Below are positions 14,210 to 26,219 of a DNA stretch of 64,000 bases, piece by piece. Origin of the DNA: an uncultured beta proteobacterium (lineage in GTDB: Bacteria; Pseudomonadota; Gammaproteobacteria; Burkholderiales; Thiobacillaceae). The notes under the pieces were generated by a model. The model had not been told where the DNA came from, made no database searches, and was given only the letters and a program-made list of their open reading frames with translations. The stretch covers positions 80,661-144,660 of the forward strand of contig CAVOSK010000006.1 of NCBI GenBank assembly GCA_963698855.1, in the 5' to 3' direction. Position numbers and translations under genes: made by a program. How positions within the stretch are numbered: position 1 is the stretch's first letter; every line of letters starts with the position of its first letter.

Positions 14210-16556
14210 ATGCAATTTCCAGAATCCTGGCTGCGCAATCTCGTCAATCCCGCTCTTGATACCGCACAACTCGCCCATGTCGTGACCATGGCAGGGCTGG
14301 AGGTGGAAGCCATGACGCCGGCTGCGCCGCCATTCAACAATGTGGTGGTGGCCGAGATCCTGTCGGCAGAGAAGCATCCCGATGCCGATCGCCTGCGGGT
14401 GTGCCAGGTGGACGTCGGTGAAGCGGCGCCGGTTACCATCGTGTGCGGGGCGCCGAATGCCGCGGCCGGCCTCAAGGTGCCGTGCGCCCGTCCGGGCGCA
14501 ACGCTGCCCGGATTCGAGATCAAGGTGGCCAAGGTGCGGGGGGTCGAGTCCTTCGGCATGCTGTGTTCGACCAAGGAACTGGGGCTCGAAGGGGCTGCGG
14601 ACGGCCTGATGGTGCTGCCCGACGATGCGCCGGTGGGCGAGGATTTCCGCGGCTGGCTGAATCTGGACGATACCCTCATCACCCTGAAGCTGACGCCGAA
14701 CCGTGCGGACTGCCTGTCGATGCAGGGCCTGGCGCGGGAGATCGGCGCGATCACCGGTGCCGAAGTGCGCTTGCCGCAGATTCACGAAGCGGCAACGCGC
14801 ATTCAGGACTCCGTGCCGGTTCAGGTGCATGCTGGCGAGGCATGCCCGCTCTATCTGGGCCGCGTGGTGCGCGGCATCAATGCGCAGGCGACCACTCCGC
14901 GCTGGATGGCCGAGCGTCTCGAGCGAAGTGGCATCCGGCCCGTGCTGGCGCCGGTCGACATCACCAACTACGTGCTGCTCGAACTGGGCCAGCCGATGCA
15001 CGCCTTCGCGCTGTCGCGTCTCAACGGCGGCATTGAGGTACGTATGGCGCGCGCGGGCGAAAGTCTGGAACTGCTGAACGGCCAGACTGCCGAACTCGCC
15101 CCCGACATGCTGGTGATTGCCGATGCCAGCGGGCCGGTGGCGCTGGCCGGGATCATGGGCGGACTGCCGACCAGCGTGGAACGCGTCACCGTCGATGTTT
15201 TCCTCGAAGCCGCCTTCTTCGCGCCGTCGGCCATCGCCGGCCGGGCGCGCCGGCTCGGCCTGTCCACCGATTCGTCGCATCGCTTCGAGCGCGGCGTCGA
15301 TTTCGGCGCCAGCCGCCGGGCGATGGAACGTGCGACCGAGTTGCTGCTCGACATTTGCGGCGGCCAGGCCGGCCCCATCACCGAGGCCGTGGCGGCGTTG
15401 CCGCAACGGGTGCCGATCACGCTGCGGCTGGCGCGGCTCGAGCGCGTGGCAGGGATCCGACCTCGAGGCGGACCAGGTTGCGCAAGGCCTGAGCGCGCTG
15501 GGTGCGACAGTCGAACGCCGCGACGACAGCCTGATCGTGACGCCGCCGAGCTTCCGCTTCGACCTCGCGATCGAGGAGGACCTGATCGAAGAGGCGGTGC
15601 GTCTGTTCGGCTACGAGAACATCCCGGCGCAGCCGCCTGCCGCGCCCTCGCGCATGCTGCCGCAGGACGAAAGGGTCTTGCCCGACGACAGCCTGCGCCA
15701 GACGCTGGTCGACCTCGATTACCAGGAAGTCATCACCTACAGCTTCGTCGACCCGGCGTGGGAAGCGGCGCTCGATGCCGACGCCCGCCCCATGCCGCTG
15801 GCCAATCCGATCGCCAGCCAGTTGTCGGTCATGCGCACCACCTTGTGGGGTGGGCTGATCGAAACCCTGCGCCATAACCTCAACCGCCAGCAGGAGCGGG
15901 TGCGCATTTTCGAGCTGGGGCGGGTGTATGCGTCGCTGGATGCGCAGCCCATGAAGGTCGGCGGCCTGGTTTACGGCGACGCGCTGCCCGAACAATGGGG
16001 CGCCAAGGCGCGCCGTGTCGATTTCTTCGATCTCAAGGGCGACCTCGAGCGCCTCTGCGGGCATGCGCTCGAGTCGCGCCGTGGTGTCCACCCTGCGCTG
16101 CATCCGGGGCAGTGTGCCGAAGTCTGGGACAACGGCCAGGCCATCGGCTGGGTCGGCGCGCTACATCCGCGTCTGGTGCAGGCGTTCGGCATGCCGGCTG
16201 CGCCGGTACTGTTCGAACTGGATAGCCAGGCGCTTACCCAGCGGCGTCTGCCGCGCCATGCCGGTTTGTCGCGTTTCCCGCTGGTGCGGCGCGATCTGGC
16301 GCTTGTGCTGGATACGCAGACCCCGGCCGGCGAACTGCTGGCTGCCCTGCGCGAGGCGGCGCCGGCCCAGGTACGATCGATCGAGGTTTTCGACGAGTAC
16401 CGTGGAAAAGGCATGGCGGAAAACCAAAAAAGCCTTGCTATACGGGTAGTTATGCAAGATACTGAACGCACATTGACGGATCAGGAAGTGGAGGACGCCA
16501 TGCAAAAGCTGGTCGATACCGCGCTTCGTCAGTGCAATGCCAGTTTGCGTGCGTGA
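14210..16556 (+). CDS. pheT: Phenylalanyl-tRNA synthetase beta subunit (frameshift near 15455)
   Basis: HPDADRL, CGAPN, LTPNRADCLS, RFERGVD, EEAVRLFGY, C-terminal FDX-ACB domain. Confidence 0.95.
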
Positions 16557-16592
16557 CGCTTTTTCTCACGAGCCATCCCTGACAAAACGATC

Positions 16593-16904
16593 ATGACCAC
16601 TCTGACCAAAGCTGATCTTGCCGAACTCCTGTTCGAAAAAGTGGGTTTGAACAAACGCGAAGCCAAGGATGTCGTCGAATCGTTTTTTGACGAAATTCGG
16701 CTGTCGCTCGAAAAGGGCGACATCGTCAAACTGTCCGGTTTCGGCAATTTCCAGTGCCGCGAGAAACCGCAGCGTCCGGGCCGCAACCCCAAAACCGGCG
16801 AAGAAATGCCGATTTCCGCGCGTCGCGTGGTGACCTTCCACGCCAGCCAGAAACTCAAGTCCCAGGTCGAAGGCGCCCAAATTGGAACGCCCCGCACGGA
16901 GTGA
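16593..16904 (+). CDS. ihfA: Integration host factor alpha
   Basis: [26 protein letters not shown]. Confidence 0.97.
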   Translation: MTTLTKADLAELLFEKVGLNKREAKDVVESFFDEIRLSLEKGDIVKLSGFGNFQCREKPQRPGRNPKTGEEMPISARRVVTFHASQKLKSQVEGAQIGTPRTE

Positions 16905-17250
16905 ACTCCCGCCGATTCCGGCAAAACGCTATTTCACCATCGGTGAAGTCTCGGAATTGTGCGCCGTCAAGGCGCATGTGCTGCGTTACTGGGAGCAGGA
17001 ATTCACCCAACTGCGTCCGGTCAAGCGGCGCGGCAACCGGCGCTACTACCAGCACCACGAAGTATTGCTGATTCGTCGCATCCGCGAATTGCTGTACGAG
17101 GAGGGATTCACGATCAGCGGGGCACGCCAGCGCCTGGAGCACGATGCCGACCCTGCATCCGATGCCGCTTCCGCCAGCACCGCCCCGACTGCGCTGGATG
17201 TCGGGAAATTGCGTGCGGAAATCACCGCTATTCTGAAAATATTGGGCTGA
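16882..17250 (+). CDS. MerR-family HTH regulator (conserved ihfA neighbour)
   Basis: [37 protein letters not shown]. Confidence 0.9.
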   Translation: MERPARSELPPIPAKRYFTIGEVSELCAVKAHVLRYWEQEFTQLRPVKRRGNRRYYQHHEVLLIRRIRELLYEEGFTISGARQRLEHDADPASDAASASTAPTALDVGKLRAEITAILKILG

Positions 17251-17296
17251 CAGGCTTTCGCGCCGCGGCGGTCATCTGTTAGAATCGCTGGCTTCG

Positions 17297-17375
<79 letters not shown>

Positions 17376-17586
17376 TATTCGTTGTGTGTGCAACTGTCCA
17401 GCACGACACAACTTCCATCAGGCAGCATTGTCTGACCCCTTCACAAGCCACTGTCGAAGCCTGATTGCGCACGAACTCGGGTGCTCGCCAGGGGATGTTG
17501 CTTGTTACGTTCGATCCAGGTCCGTCAGACTGTCATGCTTGATCGATACACTATTGATTGCCGTTTGTTCAATTAAGGAGAGAGTA

Positions 17587-18171
<585 letters not shown>

Positions 18172-18196
18172 GCAGCATCTGCTTGAGTGGTGACTG

Positions 18197-18223
18197 AAAC
18201 CGGGGCGTAAAGCCCCGGTTTTT
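18197..18223. terminator. Bidirectional terminator between sodB and the DUF6499-like gene
   Basis: AAACCGGGGCGTAAAGCCCCGGTTTTT. Confidence 0.8.
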
Positions 18224-18226
18224 GTT

Positions 18227-18925
18227 TCAGCGTGCGCTGACGTCCGCCAGCCGCAGGATCTCCAGATACCCGCCGCGCATCATGGCCTGCGCCTCGCGCA
18301 GCGCGCCGGCGTGCTGCGCTGCCACGACTTCACCCACGGCCGCAGCGTCGAGCAGGCGCAACATCTGCGTCCAGAGATCGCGCTGGCTGCCCACGCTCGC
18401 CGGTGCGGCCAGGCCCGCCCGCCGCAGTTCGGCGGCGCGGCCGACGAGGCGGAATTTTGCCGCTTCGAGCTGCGGCGGCAGCGGCAGGGACAAGTCGAAC
18501 GCGATATCCAGCCGGTAGGGATCGTCGGCAGGACGGGGCCCGGGCGCCGGGAGCGGACGCCAGGCGAGTTCGGCGGCGGTGGGCGGGTCAGCGCGATCGG
18601 GATCGAGCGGGAATTTGTAGAAGCCCCATTTCGCGCCCATCCAGCACTCGATCAGCACCCGGTCGCCATCGCCCAGACAGAGTTCGCCGTTCGGCGGGTC
18701 GAGGGCGGCCGCGCCGGAAGGAGGGCCGTAGGCACGCGGGTCGAGCTTCCAGCGAGTGAAATCGCGATTTGGCGGCGCGCCGTATTCGGCCTCCAGCGCC
18801 TGCCACAGGGTGATGAACTGGCGGTAGTCGGCCCGGTAATCCGGATTGCGGCGCAAGAACTCCCATGTCCACTGGTCGCGTGTCAGGCTCGAACAGCAAG
18901 CGTAGGGATACTGCCGCGTGTCCAT
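18227..18925 (-). CDS. DUF6499-like (transcriptional-regulator-domain) protein
   Basis: WTWEFLRRNPDYRADY motif recalled from DUF6499 proteins; C-terminal GGYLEIL. Confidence 0.65.
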   Translation of the reverse strand: MDTRQYPYACCSSLTRDQWTWEFLRRNPDYRADYRQFITLWQALEAEYGAPPNRDFTRWKLDPRAYGPPSGAAALDPPNGELCLGDGDRVLIECWMGAKWGFYKFPLDPDRADPPTAAELAWRPLPAPGPRPADDPYRLDIAFDLSLPLPPQLEAAKFRLVGRAAELRRAGLAAPASVGSQRDLWTQMLRLLDAAAVGEVVAAQHAGALREAQAMMRGGYLEILRLADVSAR

Positions 18926-18926
18926 G

Positions 18927-19649
18927 TCAGATGGGCAGAAAGATCATCTTGGTGACGCTGACCACACCGAAGCGGATTTCGCGATTGGTCTTGTCTTCGA
19001 TGATCAGGGCCAGCGTGTCCTCGATGCCGATGAGCTTGCCGAACTCCCGCTCGAAACTGAGGTTGGCCACGCCGTTTGCATCAAACCCGTTGGAGAGCAG
19101 CAGGGGTTCGCCGCGTGTGTTTCTGGCGTTGGAGACCTTCCAGACGACGGCCTCGGTATTGCGCGCGGCGTTGTAGAACTTCTGGGCACTCACCTCAGTC
19201 AGCAGATAGAACTCGGTCTTGTCGTTGAATGCCGCCATCTGCATGACCAGCAATCCGTTCATCAGGGCTTTCACCCGGTCCCCCGTGTAATCCTCGTTCC
19301 AGGCATTGCTGAGTGTTTCTTTCCAGTTGAGTTTTCTTTGCGGCGCTACATTCCAGTGGGCCAGCGGCTCGAACAGGTCGGCGGTCGCCTCGTCCGCACT
19401 GGCAAAGCCGGACTTGCGCCATTCGTTGGGGTTGCGGCGATAGAACTTGAGCGTCAGTGTTTTGAGGCTGGCGATGATCTGACGCTGGCAGAATTCGGTC
19501 ACATCGTCGATATCGCCCTTGGCCAGATCGGTGACGGTGAAACCCTGCTGGCTGCTGCTGCCGTCCTTGCGCTGGATGGGTTGAGTCGTGCAGGACGAGA
19601 GCAGGGCAACGGTCAACAGGCAGGCGGTCAGGGCAGAGAAGCTGTTCAC
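18927..19649 (-). CDS. Conserved hypothetical lipoprotein
   Basis: LSSC lipobox; GTG start overlaps the selO stop (GTGA). Confidence 0.75.
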   Translation of the reverse strand: MNSFSALTACLLTVALLSSCTTQPIQRKDGSSSQQGFTVTDLAKGDIDDVTEFCQRQIIASLKTLTLKFYRRNPNEWRKSGFASADEATADLFEPLAHWNVAPQRKLNWKETLSNAWNEDYTGDRVKALMNGLLVMQMAAFNDKTEFYLLTEVSAQKFYNAARNTEAVVWKVSNARNTRGEPLLLSNGFDANGVANLSFEREFGKLIGIEDTLALIIEDKTNREIRFGVVSVTKMIFLPI

Positions 19650-21112
19650 GAAGAACAGCTTACCTCAATCTTCTTCGCCCAGTCAGGGGGTTCGGCGGCA
19701 TAGGCTTCGTGTTCGGGTTGCTCGTCGAATGGATGCGCCAACAGGGCGTGCAGGCGCGCGATCTCACTGTAGTCATGATGGTCGGCCGCCCGGCGGATGG
19801 CGACTTCGGCCAGATGGTTGCGCAGAATGTACTTGGGGTTGAGCGCACGCATGGCTACAGCACGTGTGGCATCGATCGATTCCAGTTGGCGCAGGGCCGC
19901 GGCATAGCGCGTCGCCCAGGCGTCGAAGGCGGCGCGGTCGAGGAAGCGGTCGCGCAATGGCGTGTTGGGCGCAGCGGCCGAACTGTCGAAGTCGCACAGG
20001 CGGCGCATGAAGATCGTGTAGTCGACATGGTTCTGCGCCAGCAACTGCAGCGCGTCCATGATGAGCGGCACGGTCTCGCCGCCCGCGGGCAGGCCGAACT
20101 TGGCGGCCATGCGCTCGAGGTAGGCCTGGCCGAACTGCTGCGGGTAGTCGCTGATCGCGGCGGAGGCGGTTTCCACCGACAGCAGCGGCACCAGCGCCTG
20201 TGCCAGCTTGGTGATGTTCCAGGCGGCGACGTCCGGCTGCTGGTCGAAGGCGTAGCGGCCGCCGCTGTCGGAATGGTTGCAGACGAAGCCGGGGTCGAAG
20301 GCGTCGAGAAAGCCGAACGGACCGTAGTCCAGCGTCAGCCCCAGGATCGACATGTTGTCGGTGTTCATCACGCCGTGCGAAAAGCCGACCGCCTGCCATT
20401 GCGCCATCAGCTCCGCAGTGCGGCGGGCGACTTCGCGCAGCAGTTCGGCGTAGGGTTCGGCGCGGGATGCCAGTTCCGGGTAATAGCGCGCGATGACGTA
20501 GTCGGCCAACTGGCGCAGCGGCTCGACCTGGTTGCGGTAATAGAACACCTCGAACGAGCCGAAGCGGACGAAGCTCGGCGCCAGCCGCGTCACCAGCGCG
20601 GCGGTCTCCTCGTCCTCGCGGTAGACCGGGCGGTCGCTGCCGACGATGGCGAGCGCGCGCGTGGTTGGGATGCCGAGCGCGTGCATCGCCTCGGAACAGA
20701 GGAATTCGCGGATGCTGGAGCGCAGCACCGCGCGGCCGTCGCCGCCACGCGAGTAGGGGGTGCGGCCGGCGCCCTTGAGCTGCACCTCCCAGCCTTCGCC
20801 CGCGGCGTTCTTCACTTCGCCGAGCAGGATCGCGCGGCCGTCGCCCAGTTGCGGCACGTAATGGCCGAACTGGTGCCCGGCGTACAGCGCGGCGATCGCA
20901 TCCATGCCCGGCAGCAGCTGGTTGCCGGCCAGGGTTTCGATCATTTCCGGGCGGCTGATTTCGCTTTCGTCGAGATCGAGCAGGCGCAGCGCCTCCTGGC
21001 TATGGCATACCAGATAGGGATCAGGGACCGGGGTCGGGCAGACGCGCGAATAATAGGTCTCGGGCAGGCGCGCGAAGCCGTTGTCGAAGCGCAGCGATTC
21101 AAGTTTGGGCAT
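19646..21112 (-). CDS. selO: Protein adenylyltransferase SelO/YdiU
   Basis: YAGHQFG..QLGDGR, LKGAGRTPYSRGGDGRAVLRS, HGVMNTDN, C-terminal SCSS. Confidence 0.95.
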   Translation of the reverse strand: MPKLESLRFDNGFARLPETYYSRVCPTPVPDPYLVCHSQEALRLLDLDESEISRPEMIETLAGNQLLPGMDAIAALYAGHQFGHYVPQLGDGRAILLGEVKNAAGEGWEVQLKGAGRTPYSRGGDGRAVLRSSIREFLCSEAMHALGIPTTRALAIVGSDRPVYREDEETAALVTRLAPSFVRFGSFEVFYYRNQVEPLRQLADYVIARYYPELASRAEPYAELLREVARRTAELMAQWQAVGFSHGVMNTDNMSILGLTLDYGPFGFLDAFDPGFVCNHSDSGGRYAFDQQPDVAAWNITKLAQALVPLLSVETASAAISDYPQQFGQAYLERMAAKFGLPAGGETVPLIMDALQLLAQNHVDYTIFMRRLCDFDSSAAAPNTPLRDRFLDRAAFDAWATRYAAALRQLESIDATRAVAMRALNPKYILRNHLAEVAIRRAADHHDYSEIARLHALLAHPFDEQPEHEAYAAEPPDWAKKIEVSCSS

Positions 21113-21192
21113 GGCTGAATTCTACGGCCTGGCCCGGCCTTCGCGACCCGTCTGCGGGCAGGGTTACCTGCCGTGTCCGGGGGCAGACCGGA

Positions 21193-21779
21193 TCAGTCCA
21201 GCGGCTTGCGCAAGCGCTCCGGCGCGGGGGTGGCGCAGTGTCCCAGCGCGATCACCAGCGCCGGCGTCTCGCCTGCTGGCAGATTCAGGGCGGCGGCCAG
21301 CGCGGCGGCGTCGAATCCGCCGAGCGGGCAGCTGCCGAGCCCCAGATGCGCCGCCTGCAGCAGCAGGTGCGCTGCGGCAAAGTTGCACTGGCCCTGCGCC
21401 CAGGCCGTGACGGCATCGGCGTGGTAGAGCGCGCGATAGGCGTCGTAAATCGGCGCGGTGTCCGCGCCGCGCGCCTCGACGTAAAGCGTGCGCGCACGTA
21501 ATCCGAATCCGGGTTGAGGTCATCCACCAGCGCCACGATGGCGATGAAGACCGCAGCCGTGGCTGCGGCAGGCTGGTCGAAACAGGCGTGGGCGATGGCG
21601 GCCTTGCCTGGTGCCTCGGTCACGCTGACGAAGCGCCAGGGTTCCAGGCCGAAGGCGGATGGGGCGAGGCGGCCGGCTTCCAGCAATACCACCAGTTCAT
21701 CCGCAGACACCGGACGGTCGGCAATGAATTCACGGCAGGCATAGCGCTGTTGGATGGCGTCGAGCAGGGATGGCTTCAT
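21193..21779 (-). CDS. Nitroreductase family protein (frameshift near 21497)
   Basis: RYACREF, LAPSAFGLEPWRF; shifted frame gives LLLQAAHLGLGSCPLGGFD. Confidence 0.85.
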
Positions 21780-21837
21780 GAGGACCTCCTTCCATGGATG
21801 CTATGAACCATAGCGCATGGAAGGCCGGGGGCAGCGT

Positions 21838-22695
21838 TCAGTGCCCGCGCATCGCTGCGCGGGTTTTCACCAGCGTGCCGTCGCGGTAGTCGGCCATCGC
21901 CTGTTCGATTTCCTCGCGCGTGTTCATCACGAACGGACCGTACTGCACCACCGGTTCGCCGATGGGCTGGCCGGCCACCAGGATGAAGCGCGCGCCGTCG
22001 GCGCCGGCCGCGATCTCCACCGTGTCGCCCGCGCCCAGTACCGCCAGCGTGTGCTTGGCCAGGTCATCGCCGGCGAGCCGGGCGCTGCCTTCGAAGACGT
22101 AGACGAAGGCGTGGCGTGCCGCGTCCAGCGGCAGCGAGAACGCTGCGTGGGCGGGCAGGGCGACGTCGAGGTAGAGCACGTCGGTGGACGGATCCTCGAT
22201 GACGCCGCGGGTGCCGTTGAATTCGCCCGCCAGCACGCGCACCCGGCCGGCATCCTGCGCCACTTCGGGAATCGCCGCCGCCGAGAACTCCTGGTACGCC
22301 GGGTCGGACATCTTCTCGCTGGCCGGCAGGTTGATCCACAGCTGGAAGCCGCGCATCAGGCCGTCGGCCTGGCGCGGCATTTCGGAATGGATGACGCCGC
22401 TGGCCGCCTTCATCCACTGCACGCCGCCGGGCTCGAGGTCGCCCTGGTTGCCCATGCTGTCGCGGTGCTCCATGTGGCCGTCGAGCATGTAGGTGAAGGT
22501 GATGAAGCCGCGATGCGGATGGTCCGGAAAGCCGGCGATGTACTCGTCCGGGTTGTCGCTGCCGAAGTGGTCCAGCATCAGGAACGGGTCGAGGTTGCGC
22601 AGCGCCGGCGTGCCGATGCTGCGGTGGACGGTGACGCCCGCGCCTTCGGTGACCTCGTGGGCGGGAACGCGCTGGCGGATGGTGCGTGTGGTCAT
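21838..22695 (-). CDS. Pirin family protein
   Basis: LDPFLMLDHF, FPDHPHRG, GVQWMKAASGVIHSE, FQLWINLP, YGPFVMNT. Confidence 0.93.
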   Translation of the reverse strand: MTTRTIRQRVPAHEVTEGAGVTVHRSIGTPALRNLDPFLMLDHFGSDNPDEYIAGFPDHPHRGFITFTYMLDGHMEHRDSMGNQGDLEPGGVQWMKAASGVIHSEMPRQADGLMRGFQLWINLPASEKMSDPAYQEFSAAAIPEVAQDAGRVRVLAGEFNGTRGVIEDPSTDVLYLDVALPAHAAFSLPLDAARHAFVYVFEGSARLAGDDLAKHTLAVLGAGDTVEIAAGADGARFILVAGQPIGEPVVQYGPFVMNTREEIEQAMADYRDGTLVKTRAAMRGH

Positions 22696-23282
22696 GTCTG
22701 TCTCCTTGCCGGGTCTTCAATGCTATGGAAGTATGGCTGTCTTTACGCTGCGGCGAGCGCTGGCCAGTCGCGCATCAGCACCTGGACAATGCGCTCGACG
22801 CTCGCTGCCAGCAACGGGGAGTTTCTCATGTGTGCGGCCATAGCTTGCGAAGGCTTGCCGCCGCTGTTCACATTCAAGTCCATGAAATCCTGCTTGCGGG
22901 GCTACTGGTGGCGGTGCTTGAAGATCACGCTCGGCCGGAACGCTTGGCCTACGCGGCCCATTCGCGAACCTGCCATCTTTCGACCTGGGAGCGGACCTTG
23001 ATCGACTTGCTTGCAGATCGCCTGACAGGCGGGCCTGTTCGGGACCGGAATGAGTAAGGGGGCGATATTCAGAACGGGGTTGGTCGGCGGCAGGGTATAT
23101 GTTATCCATCCTCCTGCTTTGCATCCCCGCCATCAACACTTGGGTTGCCCCAGCGTTATGATCGCATGTCCTTTTCTTTCGCCTGCCTTCAGTGAGGCAA
23201 TTCGCGGGATTGAAATTGACGGCTTGCTGGGATTGGATTTCCTATATCCTAGAAATCAGAGCCTAAAAAATGACAAGGAGGA

Positions 23283-23771
23283 ATGATGGCAGCTGACAAT
23301 TGTTTCGAAACCTTACGCAAATCGCCCTTGGCGGTCGAATTGACGGATGAAGCGTGTGACCTGCTGAGCGAGCTTCTCGTGTGCCGCAGACTCAAGGATG
23401 GCGAAATCCTGTTGAGGGAAGGGGATATCGACAACAACCTGCATGTCATTGCGGATGGTAATCTGGCAGTGACCCACGAAACGCCTGAAGGCGAGTGGGT
23501 GGTGCTTCATGTACTGCGATCCCGCGACCTGGCAGGCGAAATGGGTTTCCTGGACGGACAGAAACATACCGCCACCCTGAGATCGGTCGGCCAGACAGAC
23601 TTGATAAGCCTCGAACGCGATGCGCTGGAGAAGCTGCTGGATGCGCATCCCCGGATTGTCTACCAAGTGATGCGCGCCGTGATCCGTTCCGTGCATGGCA
23701 CCCTCAGGCGCATGAATGTCCAGTACGTCGAGATGACGAACTACATTAACAAGCAGCACGGACGTTACTAG
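23283..23771 (+). CDS. Stand-alone cyclic nucleotide-binding domain protein
   Basis: GEILLREGD, LAGEMGFLDG..HTATLR; no C-terminal HTH apparent. Confidence 0.8.
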   Translation: MMAADNCFETLRKSPLAVELTDEACDLLSELLVCRRLKDGEILLREGDIDNNLHVIADGNLAVTHETPEGEWVVLHVLRSRDLAGEMGFLDGQKHTATLRSVGQTDLISLERDALEKLLDAHPRIVYQVMRAVIRSVHGTLRRMNVQYVEMTNYINKQHGRY

Positions 23772-23881
23772 GTTGACAGGTTCAACCGGTCCGATGGCCG
23801 CTGTTGATCAAAATGGCCTATAAAAAGATCCATTCCCCGATCCAAAAAGAGGGAACACCATTCATCCAAGAGGAGGTTTGC

Positions 23882-24682
23882 ATGGCCACACTGCCCGCTT
23901 CTGATTCGCCCAAGTCCCCGGAAAACATGCCCTTCGTGGCACCCTGTCGGACCCTGGGCCTGACTGCTCCCCTGCGCTGGTTGCGCCTGGGCTGGGGCGA
24001 CATGATCCGGGCACCGCGACTGAGCCTGACCTACGGCATCGCGCTGATGGCGCTCAGCATGCTGATCGCCTCACTATCCTGGCGCTACGGCACGATTGCG
24101 CTGTACATCGGGCTGTCCACCGGCTTCGTGTTCATCGGCCCGGTGCTGGCAGTAGGCCTGTATTCCATCAGTCGACAGTTGGGCAGAGGGCAGGAGCCGG
24201 TGATGGGCTATTGCCTGAGGGAGGGCTGGCACCACATTCGGGAGTTGCTGGTGCTGGGTGTCGTGCTGCTGGTGGTGATGCTGGTATGGGCACGGGCAGC
24301 GGCGACGGTGCACGTGTTCTTCCCGGTCGAGTCCAGTCCGAGTCTGGAACAGATGCTGCCCTTCCTTGGGATTGGCAGCCTGATCGGTGCTGTATTCACC
24401 GCCATCGTGTTTGCCGCCAGTGCCTTTTCGCTGCCCATGATCATGGACCGCAAGGTGGATGCCGTCACTTCCGTCGTCACCAGCGTGAATGCCGTGTTGC
24501 GCAACAAACAGCCCATGCTGCTATGGGCGAGCCTGATCGGTCTGTCCGTGTTGCTGGGATTCGCCACCGCTTGCGTGGGATTCGCCGTGCTGCTGCCACT
24601 TATCGGGCACGCCACCTGGCATGCCTATCGGGAAACCATCGACGCCTCGATGTGGCCGCAGAACGAGGCAACTGATAGCTGA
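23882..24682 (+). CDS. DUF2189-like integral membrane protein
   Basis: WLRLGWGD, GFVFIGPVLAVGLYSISR, PLIGHATWHAYRE. Confidence 0.8.
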   Translation: MATLPASDSPKSPENMPFVAPCRTLGLTAPLRWLRLGWGDMIRAPRLSLTYGIALMALSMLIASLSWRYGTIALYIGLSTGFVFIGPVLAVGLYSISRQLGRGQEPVMGYCLREGWHHIRELLVLGVVLLVVMLVWARAAATVHVFFPVESSPSLEQMLPFLGIGSLIGAVFTAIVFAASAFSLPMIMDRKVDAVTSVVTSVNAVLRNKQPMLLWASLIGLSVLLGFATACVGFAVLLPLIGHATWHAYRETIDASMWPQNEATDS

Positions 24683-24839
24683 ATGATGGCGCCTGTCCGC
24701 AGGAGTCCAGGACAGGTAAAGGACCAGTCATCATGATGGAGGAGACGGATGGGATATGCGCCATCCGCTTCCAGAACCTCGAATGACTAGCACCCTGGCA
24801 GAGCCCTGCTACCCCTTGAGTAAAGCCCGCTGACCTGAA

Positions 24840-25331
24840 ATGAACAAGCTTTACCTGTTTGCAGCGCTTGCCGCTGCGGCTTATTTTGCGTTCGCTCCGG
24901 ATGCCGGTACGCCTCCGAGCCAGGAACCTGCTTACGCACCCGGTGTAGTACTTGATATCCAAGGCAGGGCCGCTCCTGCGCAGGAGACACAAGGCAGCGA
25001 TGATGCTGCGCTCGAACACGCTTATGTCAATCGCCTCAGCAATCTGCAGATCGAAGGGCAGGGGTCAGTGGTGAAAGTCCTGCCGGACGACCGGGACGGC
25101 AGCCGGCACCAGCGCTTCATCGTCCGGCTGGATTCCGGGCGCACCCTGCTCGTGGCGCACAACATCGATCTGGCGCAGCGCATCGAGACCCTGCGAGCAG
25201 GCGACAGTGTCGCGTTCTATGGCGAGTACGAATGGAACCCGAAAGGCGGCGTGATTCACTGGACCCACCATGACCCGCAGGGGCGTCACCCGGCCGGCTG
25301 GATCCGCCACGACGGCCAGACCTATCAGTAA
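24840..25331 (+). CDS. DUF3465 domain protein (OB-fold-like, exported)
   Basis: GSRHQRFIVRL, LVAHNIDLA, GEYEWN..GGVIHWTHHDP. Confidence 0.8.
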   Translation: MNKLYLFAALAAAAYFAFAPDAGTPPSQEPAYAPGVVLDIQGRAAPAQETQGSDDAALEHAYVNRLSNLQIEGQGSVVKVLPDDRDGSRHQRFIVRLDSGRTLLVAHNIDLAQRIETLRAGDSVAFYGEYEWNPKGGVIHWTHHDPQGRHPAGWIRHDGQTYQ

Positions 25332-25563
25332 GACCCAGCGGTCACCCCGCCCGGGATGCTGGCATACGCCGAGCCGGTCATCGAGGTGCTGCGCAGGCAT
25401 CTTGCTGTGGTGACCGGCCAAGCAGCCGGTTACATTTCGACACAAGCTGTTACACGGGTGTGCGTTGCGGAAATCCTGGCGATACATCGGTTCTTCAGAA
25501 TGACTTACATGCCGCACCCGTCGTGGGCCGGCTGTTTCGAACAATTCTCTGAAGGAGAGCGCC

Positions 25564-26070
25564 ATGAAATCGATCCAAGCTTCATTCACCAAACGTGCCC
25601 TGATTGCGGGCCTGCTCGCAGGCAGCGGCATCCTCGCGGCATCGTCCTTTGCGATGACGGCCGGCGGGCCAGAAGGCAAGCCTGGCTGCGAAGCCCGCCA
25701 GGGACAGAAAATCCACGCCAAATGGGAAGCCCGCCGGGCCGAGCATCTGGCCGAGCTGAAGCAACAGCTCGAGCTCCGGCCTGAGCAGGAGGCGGCATGG
25801 AACGCCTTTGTCAGCGCCAGCCAGCCGGGCATGCATCCGATAACTGGAGAAAAGCAGGCCATGCGGGCCGCGTTCGAAAAACTGACCACGCCGCAGCGCC
25901 TGGACAGGATGCTGGCCATGTCCGAGGCGCGCAGTGCCCGACTCGCCGCGCGGGCCGAGGCGATCAAGGCTTTCTATGCCCAGTTGACGCCTGAGCAGCA
26001 AGGCGTGTTCGATACCGAGGCGATGCCCGGCCGCCACCGGGGCCATGATCGTTCCCACTTCGAATCCTGA
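25564..26070 (+). CDS. Spy/CpxP family (LTXXQ) periplasmic chaperone-like protein
   Basis: Signal peptide, LELRPEQ, FYAQLTPEQQ. Confidence 0.8.
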   Translation: MKSIQASFTKRALIAGLLAGSGILAASSFAMTAGGPEGKPGCEARQGQKIHAKWEARRAEHLAELKQQLELRPEQEAAWNAFVSASQPGMHPITGEKQAMRAAFEKLTTPQRLDRMLAMSEARSARLAARAEAIKAFYAQLTPEQQGVFDTEAMPGRHRGHDRSHFES

Positions 26071-26095
26071 GTCGCCAGGACAAGACGCCATCTAG

Positions 26096-26125
26096 ACGTG
26101 GGCGGGAGACCGCCCGCGTTTTTTT
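26096..26125 (+). terminator. Rho-independent terminator
   Basis: CGTGGGCGGGAGACCGCCCGCGTTTTTT. Confidence 0.7.
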
Positions 26126-26219
26126 ATGTCAGCACGCGCCGCAAGGCTGGATTCCCGTTGGCGAGGGAACTGACGGCACCCGGGCCGCTCACACATTCAA
26201 GGCGATATGGGAGACAACG

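Noticed and set aside
22726-23140. Possible gene between pirin and the cNMP-domain gene, including an in-frame TAG near 22905
   Set aside because: No frame gives a recognisable protein. The fragments may be a decayed gene; there is no support for stop-codon recoding.
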